Positions 18,101-21,177 of a stretch of 64,000 bases of DNA are shown one piece after another (position 1 is the first letter of the stretch; every line of letters begins with the position of its first letter). Origin of the DNA: Candidatus Danuiimicrobium aquiferis (GTDB lineage Bacteria > Omnitrophota > Omnitrophia > Omnitrophales > Danuiimicrobiaceae); the NCBI GenBank assembly GCA_001804285.1, contig MHFR01000053.1, forward strand, positions 79,857 to 143,856. The letters run 5' to 3'. The notes under the pieces are model-generated. The model saw only the letters and a list, made by a program, of their open reading frames with translations. It was not told the DNA's origin and did no database searches. A program made the position numbers and the translations under genes.

Positions 18101-19778
18101 CTCTCAATTCTTTTTCGAGCGCTTCAAGTTCGTCAAACAACTTCGTCCCTTTAATCGAAGAAAGTGTCCGCGCATGTTTCGCCGTCGGTTTTAAAATATC
18201 CGGGATATACGCATCGAATCCGTATTTCCTCGATAGCTCCTCAACGCGGTCAACGAGCGCGCCTTGTTTGATCTGCCCGATTTTATACATTTGAATCATT
18301 TGGCCGGTCGTGATTTGTTCGGCTTTCGGAAGTTTCGGAAGGATTTTCGTCTCAAATCCGCGGATAAAATAATTCATCGCCACGTCAAAACCTTCGTCTT
18401 GAAAACGTTTTTCGTTTTCTTCGGCAGTCAGGATCTTGGAAAGTTCGGGATAGGCAGTAGAAAAACCCCTTACATCTCCTCCCCCTTTGTGGGGGAGTCC
18501 TCCTAACATCCGCCAAAATACGCGTCGGACTCGCCGCGCTGTTTGGCGAGAATTGGCGGATCCGCCATCCTGTTGGGCGGAGACTAAGGTGGGGGGTAAT
18601 GTCCTATTATCACCCCCATCCTTTCCTTCCCCCATCAAGGGAGAAGGAAACCTCAAAGAAAAGGGGACAGGTTCTGGTTCAATGGAGTCAAAACCTGTCC
18701 CCTTTTCTGCCTTCCATAACCGCTCCAGGCCTTTCGCATATGTCATCAAATCGATTTCGTCTGTTTTGAATTTTTTTTGGGAATGAATGAATTCCACAAT
18801 TGGGTTGGCCTGTAAAACCCCCTCACCCCAACCCTCTCCCCGAGGGAGAGGGTTAGGGTGAGGGTGAGGGCCTTTTCCCTTTTGATTTTTTTCTTCTAAT
18901 CTTTTCTCCAATTCCGCTTCCACCCTGTCCAGTTCCCTTAAAATCTCCGGCTCGTTCCTGGACGCTTCCAAGAACGCTTTCTTGTTTTCCTCGTATAGCT
19001 TCTTCTCCTCGATTCCGTAATAGCTCGAGTCAAATTCTTCATTAAGAATAGATGCCATTTCACCGCCGGAAAGTTCACCGCGCCCGACATATTCTTTCAC
19101 TACTTTCTGTTTTAATTCCTGATCGGGAAATGATTTGAAATAAAGGCTGTCCAATCGGCCGGCACCGCCTTCGAGGAGCGTAGGGGCGGGTTTGAAACCC
19201 GCCCCTACAAGCAGTTTCTGGATTTCCCGGATGATTTTCGAAATATTCGTTTCCGAATCATAATTCGTATGCGCATCCTGGAGGTAGAGGATGAGTTTTG
19301 GGGCATCGACAATAGACACTGGGACACTGGTCCCTGGTATGTCCCCGCTTGCTGTCATTCCCGCATGCTTCAGGTGGGAATCTATGCGTCTGGATGAAGA
19401 AAAGGGGACAGGTTCTGGTTCAATGGAGTCAGAACCTGTCCCCTTTTCTTTCTCTGATGACTGGTGACTGATGACTGACGACTTCTTTCCCGGCACAAAC
19501 GATTCCACAAGACTGCCGAGCTCTTCAGGAAGGCTGAGTGAATCAATGATTTCTCGAGGATTCACTTCCTTAATCCCGTGGCGAGGGTAGGCGCCTTCAA
19601 GAAGAGACTCGGCATAAACTGAACGACTCGGAGTAAATGTAAAATTGGTAAGGGTAAAGGTAATGACAAGAATAATGGCAATCAAGCGACGGCAAATCAG
19701 TATACTTTTATCTGATGTATTGGCCACGGGATTTCCTTTAAAACTGTTTACAACAGTTTGTAAAAGTATACATGGCAT
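1..19778 (-). CDS. Giant multidomain secreted/membrane-associated protein. The 5' start is in the window and the 3' end lies beyond position 1. About 6,590 codons are inside the window.
   Basis: Reverse-complement translation in the frame of ATG 19776-19778 shows no stop codon down to position 3. An alternative GTG start at 19725-19727 is preceded by AAGGAAA. The track has no minus-strand Met-ORF fragments in this frame. Recognisable catalytic motifs are spread over the whole length, all in this frame. The gene is absent from the ORF track because it runs off the window edge. Confidence 0.8.
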   Translation of the reverse strand, partial: MPCILLQTVVNSFKGNPVANTSDKSILICRRLIAIILVITFTLTNFTFTPSRSVYAESLLEGAYPRHGIKEVNPREIIDSLSLPEELGSLVESFVPGKKSSVISHQSSEKEKGTGSDSIEPEPVPFSSSRRIDSHLKHAGMTASGDIPGTSVPVSIVDAPKLILYLQDAHTNYDSETNISKIIREIQKLLVGAGFKPAPTLLEGGAGRLDSLYFKSFPDQELKQKVVKEYVGRGELSGGEMASILNEEFDSSYYGIEEKKLYEENKKAFLEASRNEPEILRELDRVEAELEKRLEEKNQKGKGPHPHPNPLPRGEGWGEGVLQANPIVEFIHSQKKFKTDEIDLMTYAKGLERLWKAEKGTGFDSIEPEPVPFSLRFPSPLMGEGKDGGDNRTLPPTLVSAQQDGGSANSRQTARRVRRVFWRMLGGLPHKGGGDVRGFSTAYPELSKILTAEENEKRFQDEGFDVAMNYFIRGFETKILPKLPKAEQITTGQMIQMYKIGQIKQGALVDRVEELSRKYGFDAYIPDILKPTAKHARTLSSIKGTKLFDELEALEKELREFLPKTAEEKELVSGFYDLELFRDFAKLEITHEQWKEVKPLVAGHQSPEKDSASLRRGYSVIPAKAGIRLDPRLHGDDKNPKTIFALQHPPFFTPVTSDVVSSDLVTLFQPHFRFYELALERDEVLFQNVIKTMDRQNAKIAVIVTGGFHSEGIKEKMKSAGISYALIAPKISEIGTKENYMNVMRGNMSYMKYFKGSLWDALAKDYAAKMAASLKTEELTPSLKRWRDRIIQNSIAEGRVTEAGSYTRYVDALVQILRKEQEGGAGDAGQGSLSSPNALIGDLQSLDSRFRGNDNDLRQALERELKSFNSNYFGKLKALMSKKIEVLGEGLKDMWKSGKIDAESVGSLVSRVNGVSNSNLATALALVPDMQGVIEQTAEPAELSFEEIQAKAKELEKLPAQTLLDRLAVYEQFLDARQTLVGDDAVIRKIEAETKGLPYQQIKEVLKIARQRAKQRNLASIMGTGSASTKPEPVPDSVFAGRAEARVTAKQVKVQLETIIANPKNDTPLTAAHVDAVLNLIQAGQVKLSGEMIDVVTQADEVLGSLDRNLAHLYYGPNGVVQVKAKNDGSEGKQLLHRVANAFVRTPDGNFIMLERTNKDPAQRTANIYGGHVSEDFRYDQAIKKELVEELGFPAGYVLKGKWERIGHDGEFSAARAKDQEKKTIYIYHATPEEVAMIQKTKETLDASLSEGEVNHFQSLDKQQTDETGKTTGRGEIWKIFFVPQQSLLTQLDDINAGPTLRHFLNQPKIRDAIQARAEAMISGTAEPRVGEVANSVTAPNSLLADRMRTVEGLLKMSLLVEDGRLTANQTRYGSTSVDMLQEAFQQLSDRYGNLSGKHLLDMGSGPNLIVSLVAHVVFGMEVTAVEIDPAFHRDGQFLYDRAVEAGIIAPLRFHYSEAPQDAFQVPWSDKDFVMFYYTQPGDEENLARTKRMIKQFRRQFTDKMIEFAGHTKLVMVFNEAFMGSGLRIDQFEKLRNLNPFDPPIMDSQQESSYVRIYEPASADTKTAAIAARTEARADLAAFARGIQTLLVAPETPERMEILKMVAVEAPDAANPIGTGENRMIDMLLASSPDTAEDLLRRTFSFTESGQQVLKQEKTVQALYDLLFNQLNLLEIDGDQISLSVNGQSILKNKNRVLKRLEIAAALAEEEKQSNPAAVLAAQILNEVHFILEDASLSLLPAFENDTNEIQFIDHNSDIVDGNFSAAPAAENFYCRAIQKLPRSEFRSEQRFEKNNSQANLIKTTGAPSLTDLTAQPRTEARTSDQGGWKIGEVDNQFLFDRVNDFLGFERDRLKGLRPNTFVDYIETPSGELVGAHRYEYAVDPKKPEHVIAKGQIHSARSFPIELAGRSTTVANELAIRFLERFVTMGLTEVQINSVTEQGRKLWRYHTARVVSSIDTVDGKKLYTMVINLDEWQKKQTSRSELREGQVQQTARSESRTTVAESPSIIVTPKDRFKQLIDTLVPETERDQYKNAALRANEVRLREIIEYMSWPQRDFTHRLSHIWKAATNMRYFGFEKKALSPEDRARYEELKPKGAQAIDYGRMLLQTISSVNTETHFQPEYIDDLIVLIEVTKQAIREAEQFGEAVLTLMKKYQIQSEENDQLYIDWTERALDETKRFADTLERLETGQRLPQEEELNILLNWARREPYVRMTWEIGLDSGLAVMDLDVLLTNLIQNARDAKKAGQDDFEIQISATFELSEEGKQSIRLVAKDNGKGMSADVLRQIRSGIPLTTKGALGRGQGLQNVRAVIGKYNGVLEIDSGEVINPETGKKEKSTTFAISIPVKIPAIAPFKLVEGAETRATEAVRSEARNLESGSHQVLIGTRESTLADKMLAKRAEVRNSVIPAKAGIQLDPHFRGDDINASETEAPVPADYPLNIQNVTQANQLAEEGKLEAARDLYDQILKNSQLFGIESADVLSRLRARLDELVRLVGEKDSLSDQTPGVTWQGRLSPLHRDMIARVEELRRQQGKSKNDLLVIADYGIGKKGAPTTFDLARSLRDSGYGNVVMIGFDNNRQYIDSARKQLSKETLPGIQMEFALADAFHVNEGLKNAGRADLVGKVDMVIVANVLIDGIYTKYYTAEDAKKAIPRLGQILSENGFVVRATGPMERDVSKKVEYQLYDSNGTEIANGISYPDRELDAKVAELVKEIQTLQQDRLDEFQKKLDYFLKAYFSGGQQIDRRAQILNALKEKFGQALSGISPAIMAALSSAESGSQGALKTMSDSRLAERMTVAQVAADQMIDRIKKANEADLISIEAELRELVKEGGALRGEEANDQKAEILRALVEKFGDQLSEIAPAIEDILTSCSSCAVDYAKRAQELKDRAAAGENVATEAREVAENLKSEIGAALAAGLSLPQMGIETSGVLDQLIAGYLALDGIEGLDVKLKTELQTQLTALRTQMAREKAAQLERIFANIEKIADRQATKTRGENWDWPGAEAKYKELIEYYQSTGRGEDAARVERKLKGLRAHVQLEILLNTYNTMPVDELAKELESLVQIATNMEDEYRNQLMRAIDFLSGRNKTVYHVSGIDKSKIVEGGEIVIYPGVANAFGEGVYASQVPLLSYDGGEGLQLPTGDIIVFSFEINPDAEKHIGADPNAIYVNVHTNEHAIRLKNLKLREVSADELKKIGAIGMENARKNGKKVYLVEAEEVKFDSGYQTSGDYERFMAENEIIKELNELEADKDEATYDEMVRKIAERGLSDSNRIKAVLEKVFSAEIAAREMLERIRQAEESDLPELEAELGLLVGARGELRGEKHNDLKAQILNEMIERFGSRLTDVAPAIAEILTSCSSCAVNYANRASDLAKRAGQGEDVHGEVLDIAQSLKTEIEAALKAGLTLSQMGIQNLNMFGQLERGYQALMTLLDGDKDFILRAALDDQLSQLIDMPEHDRYMAPRLKGRSPQEREIGRPMKDIEQDLEKRNWYWHGLTDEAKDEVRGRIEIIRERLPAFLRKKIGHKILAINVKGSYIWGPGTIAGFDHYNAQDMDILIIVEDNIEESVDIHLTDEEKREIFGDSDWQTGKLEIKVMGAGKAKPSAQFNNEMNRMISAKHSGVLLFGEDYFENISTQNFALKKLFDLLGAALIEYGKFLSARLSEKDGALLAQYRQLKIEYADLYEESKTQIEQVISALEARMKAQRLAHLRIMKRLFEIGLAAEFLVRTLTPERLAQFRKATDFGPHRFAPHLAGVTLSQFLTKGVPESVFEHAQELEELIVEDPGQIMDSFLAMYLNALKDYVGDQTADQATQGIIGKIEHSDELSRSEVRAELSALVSEGGPLHGAERNDYKAKILEALLRKFGSQLNEIAPEIVAILTSCSACAVDYAKRAQALKDRAAAGENVQKEAVDVGRNLRDEIDAALTAGLNLEQMGIENADMFGQLIAGYEALPSLIPADEDPNLKAALQEQSDRLREMFREVLPAAPATQTAGRRSEVRKTGEEIAVPSTEKFAEGTRQPAEKRQIPKKQPRMVVHGDVHGELDGLKEDLRQAGLIDENGNWIGGDAVFVQVGDVIDRGPKSKEAIEFLRRLKRQAQQAGGDVVRLIGNHELMLLEGMLGDDDALFMWWRNLPTEQRAVFEEFRDDPQRFRAAIREVYGEIVDQMLEDIMNDHLKAAEQLHGEVFTHAGARSKIRKQLIKEIAQKLGIDPSQVTEKQIADHINEILKQAISGKNFSHAIFGEDGIFWNRGVMDSVDAGKMRQIFGHTPEADSPVVASPNASRVNVDVGLYERYGGGRGFLEIDSDGNLVAHRKNQAGEWEKESLGNKDGGVEEKSSTAEATKTAEVVLPLASQNRTQSNPETARKMERMLEGLLAAALALQGKTVSEGDLRDIEKLLNELQQQTIEANDPQVAFAWAVINFIRVAQSRGDLTDVREQLHSASNRVAGRYAKKIEEILSAFSSGESISAEYNDLAAKVADDLMSNIQDISLSDFDGYLYVMKHQDLTIWGTLAKIFQVIIKALEKYPEPSKAFGTTMAEQRKILEAIRRELVKKLADQAKSKAGPLPGSTKTDVVAPVKTSSVAAMPAQKEMRDEPENPLHPRGSLTEPTPELDENKGREVNELDLDSLKPGDQVLIRSSTHDLEYVLERTADGRFKVWMRGRPGGYYLVHPENIQVLGKLSIGKMFFMPYYNWYPSDGALMPARIGQDWGSEAVKILVFPNSEMVPADAGGRSEVPGAGTSRVLQGAQFDGDDRTTKRRDELIAQGVKKTQAANQAIEEARQSGIELLRGLQKGDRIEDGESGNRYEFDGRDLILLDDDGRKIDSAVKSVYGIKRSAEGRAVKDGQGHFVFEFAPDGSAVSLGMRARVLTEVQETGPQAAQTPLDERSEARIMAMPGAGPLGADMVRAELQAAAGILFDMIDDLDFIDGVSGNELRAGGYRYQLARHPQTGELVIIIASDQAGALGVLSAQTQAELDRIHGFLNILIAAQALVARTPALKNDPAALAQAIKSLSPVTHTASDLAPPASSKSASASSTLQTKPATQIPSQQITVREAINVRTRMKKINQDGLRASKQLSRMTPRERVRLIAHTMLNREPSETEIDVFQGCEIGVQKLSEFPEIGADFLKANGIRDHYAGYIHLTAEAVLYLRENGVFQTSSTQGFMNDPGTYGPLRIQTLDGTQENYFRAVGSYAFLTQNINHPGGRIERPMKKTEFHESIHHRAGGKTDQPSIERPDVDEMNGLEELQAYFGMNLRANGTVDTNFGNASLDTALGYVRPDQKDGARQAIQAVRRLAQILPGRDVYHIIGRTRSFGELGVLADRTRSEIREMFRPGFSDSEIDHAIQFGFDRPGELAVENIRTEIENGVYLRHDTDDPVRLQRFANHYIGLVLGYLLSQAGPAESRLLQELFDINQKANPRLYEAVRSGLKQWFGFSDTETVDDQILWDRVAEEFRKSAAQTRTELFDEARLTGGVSRPVAVAGTRNEMRSIPVESSTAPDEALRPLPGPRSSEAHLPPVAASTPSGGALGSRSGAWSDEVEKQVKAGQPALQNAGWKALFSGWLQLIAGAVDFAEYFSDENPNHQYTIPFVHQNSGTIREIQGTERRALEQIQSKIKEEIGKNTSQYRDQIVRRYNHTEFQNFLNRLLSHPGLVKVSSGEKFKLVWRMLAMSPADLRDQNFENLLGRFAKLDDQNFTARNIKTTIQAFVEEIHNVKIMEDGIIRSPVDPNVSLPVRAKPLKAVAATGNEMMPEQLIDENDILAALEEIREIEEEEDSVIPASTQQTGESAVLMGGKAGISAKGGSAFGGQLLDPRVHGDDTKFRAEARSVAPTPQGDDLYLDDKELSAFSPASSRAEARLEFGMPGQESIKAGDLSSIRSKVRVSRAEARSPVQDMPPAEVRKMMVGLIMHQFKTLIDGAETSILALIRSHSIGNHDNDNKLLTNLKTNIQLARDFISEFDPILKERRIWIARYGEFNKIFSIFNTLGISEKEKLRALSPEETAYLEKLINFTALHQKLSEQLLKFETLVGDLGVFLEGRNVLTEDHDLFKRAKDLVKSVGWIVEEIKTPVAARAEVRAEFSGSALKTYRYELINMTGEELRREAIRTLRFGSLAEKDRENLTKLLRSLRAREDILYARRADGIYRGARGVDWSLPQKNWVIDILVRARRNEILLQVRSEVRGMGSWFGLGETKDIEGIPSRNDLKTILANESVYLVENVKPGDPAFLILISPTLTLPLDLISGVEKARWKDYLEKLLSQTPLTFADQQFWKNAAGVILPGVTVSKDYFEAIAKEAGITAAKLREVLGIPEDTGKMIALSTQLRKAQHPHRMLMEEVFHVLENDAFSQEIKAMPDRDKGTAGLIIETVNDFLQLMFTSPFAYDQIYSEYTDWSDTEKLALQKRYLVDKDFDPNRNIRGILNELLNDIRQGESVESVLVTDLLLRGVTESGSKAILIQYLNVLLGREKFSQYQKDKDLFPDFSTQKIRETIQTYARSETREEEWLRQETEKRIYEEKTPDEIVKFYEKLKRNKKFMQALKRNDLEGVEDALASKKLGLGAFVFSIFSMFGLLVVGIYTSVLTVMFAMVDI
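2309..2443. repeat. Composite MITE-like palindromic element inside the giant ORF (GTCATCCCCGTG..CGGGGATC + GGCGGATCCGCC...TTGTTGGGTGGA + CGCGGGAATGAC)
   Basis: Terminal inverted repeats GTCATCCCCG / CGGGAATGAC. It translates in-frame as ...DSVIPASTQQTGESAVLMGGKAGISAKGGSAFGGQLLDPRVHGDD. Confidence 0.75.
6850..7690 (-). other. PPP-family (calcineurin-like) Ser/Thr metallophosphatase domain (giant protein)
   Basis: MVVHGDVHGELDGL...VFVQVGDVIDRGPKS...VRLIGNHELMLL gives the GDxHG, GDxxDRG and GNHE signature triad. Later IFGHTP resembles the conserved His region. Confidence 0.75.
7925..8310 (-). repeat. Intragenic protein-module repeat, copy C (ELSALVSEGGPLHGAERNDYKAKILEALLRKFGSQLNEIAPEIVAILTSCSACAVDYAKRAQALKDRAAAGENV...MGIENADMFGQLIAGYEAL)
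   Basis: About 85 percent nucleotide identity to copies at 9497..9870 and 10950..11320. For example, 8058..8170 and 11088..11200 are nearly identical. Confidence 0.8.
8950..9300 (-). other. Pol-beta-like nucleotidyltransferase domain (giant protein)
   Basis: ILAINVKGSYIWGPGTIAGFDHYNAQDMDILIIVED matches the GS...[DE]xD minimal NTase motif, with a helical region after it. Confidence 0.5.
9497..9870 (-). repeat. Intragenic protein-module repeat, copy B (...KAQILNEMIERFGSRLTDVAPAIAEILTSCSSCAVNYANRA...)
   Basis: Same module with the conserved LTSCSSCAV and MGI..L..GY motifs. Confidence 0.8.
10950..11320 (-). repeat. Intragenic protein-module repeat, copy A (...KAEILRALVEKFGDQLSEIAPAIEDILTSCSSCAVDYAKRAQELKDRAAAGENV...)
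   Basis: Same module as copies B and C. Confidence 0.8.
11330..11560 (-). repeat. Partial, Cys-less copy of the same module (RRAQILNALKEKFGQALSGISPAIMAALSSAES...)
   Basis: Matches the first half of the module. TSCSSC is replaced by LSSAES. Confidence 0.5.
11750..12170 (-). other. Second Rossmann/MTase-like domain (giant protein)
   Basis: DLLVIADYGIGKKGAPTTFDLARSLRDSGYGNVVMIGFDNN...ADLVGKVDMVIVANVL resembles a glycine-rich loop, an acidic beta2 end and a hydrophobic beta4. Confidence 0.35.
12501..12556. repeat. MITE-like element (GTCATCCCCACGAAAGTGGGGATC-CAACTGG-ATTCCCGCCTTCGCGGGAATGAC) in-frame in the giant ORF
   Basis: Two hairpins flanked by GTCAT/ATGAC. It translates as SVIPAKAGIQLDPHFRGDD. 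Confidence 0.8.
12740..13100 (-). other. GHKL / HATPase_c (histidine-kinase-like ATPase) domain (giant protein)
   Basis: N-box LDVLLTNLIQNARDA, G1 box VAKDNGKGM, G2-like GALGRGQGLQNV, and a C-terminal TTFAISIPV strand. Confidence 0.65.
13450..13620 (-). other. Possible DHp/H-box-like segment upstream of the HATPase domain
   Basis: Segment REIIEYMSWPQRDFTHRLSHIWKAATNMRYF contains a His in a helical context about 150 aa before the N-box. It diverges from the canonical H-E-L-R-x-P-L. Confidence 0.25.
15200..15660 (-). other. Class I SAM-dependent methyltransferase-like domain (giant protein)
   Basis: Motif I-like HLLDMGSGPNLIVSLVAHVVFGMEVTAVEIDP is followed by an acidic residue at the end of beta2 and a hydrophobic beta4 region (DFVMFYY). 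Confidence 0.5.
16070..16400 (-). other. NUDIX hydrolase-like domain (giant protein)
   Basis: Translation is QLLHRVANAFVRTPDGNFIMLERT...GGHVSEDFRYDQAIKKELVEELGFPAGY. KELVEELGF fits the Nudix box REuxEExGu with R->K, and the spacing to the upstream G is near consensus. Confidence 0.5.
16660..16720. repeat. Degenerate copy of the GGGGACAGGTTCTG...CAGAACCTGTCCCC element in-frame in the giant ORF
   Basis: Sequence is cGGGGACAGGTTCTGGTTTCGTTGATGCAGAACCTGTCCCCa, translating as IMGTGSASTKPEPVPDS. Confidence 0.6.
17217..17280. repeat. MITE-like element (GTCATTCCCGCGAAAGCGGGAATCCAGAG...ATCCCCGATTAAAGCATTCGGGGATGAC) in-frame in the giant ORF
   Basis: Same family as 12501..12556. Confidence 0.8.
17868..17923. 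repeat. MITE-like element (GTCATCCCCGTGCAAACGGGGATCCAGCCGGATTCCCGCTTTCGCGGGAATGAC) in-frame in the giant ORF
   Basis: Same family. It translates as SVIPAKAGIRLDPRLHGDD. Confidence 0.8.
18470..18875. repeat. Cluster of at least five different palindromic elements, all in-frame inside the giant ORF: CCCCC-TTTGTGGGGG; GGCGGATCCGCC...TTGGGCGGAG; CCTTCCCCCATCAAGGGAGAAGG; GGGGACAGGTTCTGG...AAACCTGTCCCC at 18656..18708; CCTCACCCCAACCCTCTCCCCGAGGGAGAGGGTTAGGGTGAGGG at 18828..18870
   Basis: Each has a paralog elsewhere in the window (26735..26830, 21178..21350, 25056..25102, 25592..25686). The encoded peptide is low-complexity: ...GKGPHPHPNPLPRGEGWGEG...AEKGTGFDSIEPEPVPFSLRFPSPLMGEGKDGGDN... Confidence 0.8.
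19354..19447. repeat. GTCATTCCCGCATGCTTCAGGTGGGAATC element plus a GGGGACAGGTTCTGGTTCAATGGAGTCAGAACCTGTCCCC element, in-frame near the 5' end of the giant ORF
   Basis: It translates as ...SEKEKGTGSDSIEPEPVPFSSSRRIDSHLKHAGMTA. Confidence 0.75.
19600..19727 (-). other. N-terminal signal peptide or signal anchor of the giant protein
   Basis: From the GTG start the protein begins MANTSDKSILICRRLIAIILVITFTLTNFTFTPSRSVYA/ES. This is a basic n-region, a ~20-residue hydrophobic core and a VYA-E cleavage-like site. Confidence 0.5.
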
Positions 19779-19949
19779 ATAATTTTATATCAAACATCAC
19801 CCGTCTAAATTTCCGCAAGTTGTTTAATTTGAATAGTTTATGGATATTATTTTTGCTCGTTTTTTAGAGGAAAATTGGGGGCTGGCTTTGAGTCACAGAT
19901 TTTATTAAATCTATCAATAAATGGCGCGAAAAAAGCTCTTAAAACTTTC
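19779..19949 (-). promoter_or_regulatory. AT-rich intergenic region upstream of the giant ORF, and a putative promoter or leader
   Basis: It is the only non-coding stretch between queG and the giant gene. AAGGAAA and GGTGA Shine-Dalgarno-like sequences precede the candidate starts. Confidence 0.3.
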
Positions 19950-21155
19950 TTATTTCCTAAAGTTTTCTATCACGATAGAGGCGTTTCTTAAAAGCTGCCT
20001 GCGAGTTGCACGCGAAATAGCGGAGTCGGAAAACTTCTCTTTATATTCTCGATTGGTTTTGATGGCAAGTAACTCATTCAAATCAAGGCGGGAACCGGCA
20101 CCGGAAGTCGCTTTAAATTCTTTCCAGCGGGTTTCTTTCTGCTTCGACGTGTAAGGACAAACTTCCAAACACCGGTCGCACCCGAATATCCGGTCACCGA
20201 TCTTGGGCTTCAATTCTTCGGGAATCTCATTTTTATGCTCAATCGTAAGGTAAGCAATGCATTTACGCGCATCCATCGATTTATTTTCTCCGATAGCGCC
20301 TGTCGGGCATTGATCAATACATTTTCTGCACCGGCCGCAATTTCCTTCGATTGGCCGATCGGGTTCCAGCTGAAGATTCGTCACAATTTCCGCTAAAAAC
20401 AACCACGGCCCGAATTCCGGGGAAATAAGCTGAGACTGCCGTCCGATAAATCCAAGCCCGGCTTCGACGGCCAAGGAACGTTCGAGAAGCGGCTTTGTGT
20501 CTACGCATGTTTCCAAATGAATATTCTTGGTTTGCAGCGAACAGGCATGCCTGTTCGCTGCTACGACATTTTTAATTTTCCCAATCAATTTATTTAATTT
20601 TTCCGAAATGATTTTATGATAATCTTTTCCCCATGCGTAACGGGCGACACGGCCGGATGGCACCATGTTCGTAGGGGCAGACCCATGTGTCTGCCCTGTA
20701 CTGCTGTCATCAAAAAAAGGGGACAGGTTCTGGTATAGCGGCATCAGAACCTGTCCCCTTTTTTTGTCAGAACTCGGGCGAACACCTGCCTCGCCGGCAG
20801 GCGGGCGCGGGGTCGCCCCTACAGTCGCCCCCCCCGTCCAATAATTCACCCCGAGAACAATCACATTTTTTGCATCCGGAAACTCTTTGAAAAATTTTTT
20901 CTGCCGCTCCGGATATTCTTCAAGATAATGCATTCCACCGTGCTTCCCTTGGCGAATCCATTCTTTAAGATAAGATTCTTCCGCAACAAGCATCCCCTCA
21001 CCCCCCGCCTGCCCGCCTGCCGGCGAGGCAGGGAATTTCCCCTCTCCCTTAGGGAGAGGGTTAGGGTGAGGGGAAATATTAATATTTGTGATTCCGCAAG
21101 CGTCGAATCCGGTATCAAGTGCGAGAGATTTGATTTGACGGGAGGTGATACTCAT
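19950..21155 (-). CDS. queG: Epoxyqueuosine reductase QueG, carrying two in-frame MITE insertions
   Basis: GMHYLEEY and RYAWGKDYH signatures. CGRCRKCIDQCP and CDRCLEVCP [4Fe-4S] motifs. Insertions encode NISPHPNPLPKGEGKFPASPAGGQAGGEG and GGATVGATPRPPAGEAGVRPSSDKKRGQVLMPLYQNLSPFF. Confidence 0.85.
   Translation of the reverse strand: MSITSRQIKSLALDTGFDACGITNINISPHPNPLPKGEGKFPASPAGGQAGGEGMLVAEESYLKEWIRQGKHGGMHYLEEYPERQKKFFKEFPDAKNVIVLGVNYWTGGATVGATPRPPAGEAGVRPSSDKKRGQVLMPLYQNLSPFFDDSSTGQTHGSAPTNMVPSGRVARYAWGKDYHKIISEKLNKLIGKIKNVVAANRHACSLQTKNIHLETCVDTKPLLERSLAVEAGLGFIGRQSQLISPEFGPWLFLAEIVTNLQLEPDRPIEGNCGRCRKCIDQCPTGAIGENKSMDARKCIAYLTIEHKNEIPEELKPKIGDRIFGCDRCLEVCPYTSKQKETRWKEFKATSGAGSRLDLNELLAIKTNREYKEKFSDSAISRATRRQLLRNASIVIENFRK
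20712..20870. repeat. GGGGACAGGTTCTGGTATAGCGGCATCAGAACCTGTCCCC element plus a CCTGCCTCGCCGGCAGGCGGG palindrome, in-frame inside queG
   Basis: Palindromic repeat-family members. They encode about 50 extra residues between the QueG GVNYW and RYAWGKDYH motifs. Confidence 0.75.
20994..21072. repeat. CCTGCCCGCCTGCCGGCGAGGCAGGG palindrome plus CCTCTCCCTTAGGGAGAGGGTTAGGGTGAGGGG element, in-frame inside queG
   Basis: Same families as 18828..18870 and 25592..25686. Confidence 0.75.
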
Positions 21156-21177
21156 GAGTATAAATCCCAGTGACCAA

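Noticed and set aside
17470-19330. TraB/ChaN/Tiki-like domain suggested by LQDAHTNY ... IAVIVTGGFHSEGI
   Set aside because: The two GxxH-like motifs are much further apart (even after discounting the MITE cluster) than in that family. The evidence is too weak to annotate.
19921-20154. Plus-strand ORF 19921..20154, and 20928..21173 and 21338..21577
   Set aside because: They lie antisense within queG and nth, which are supported by strong motifs.
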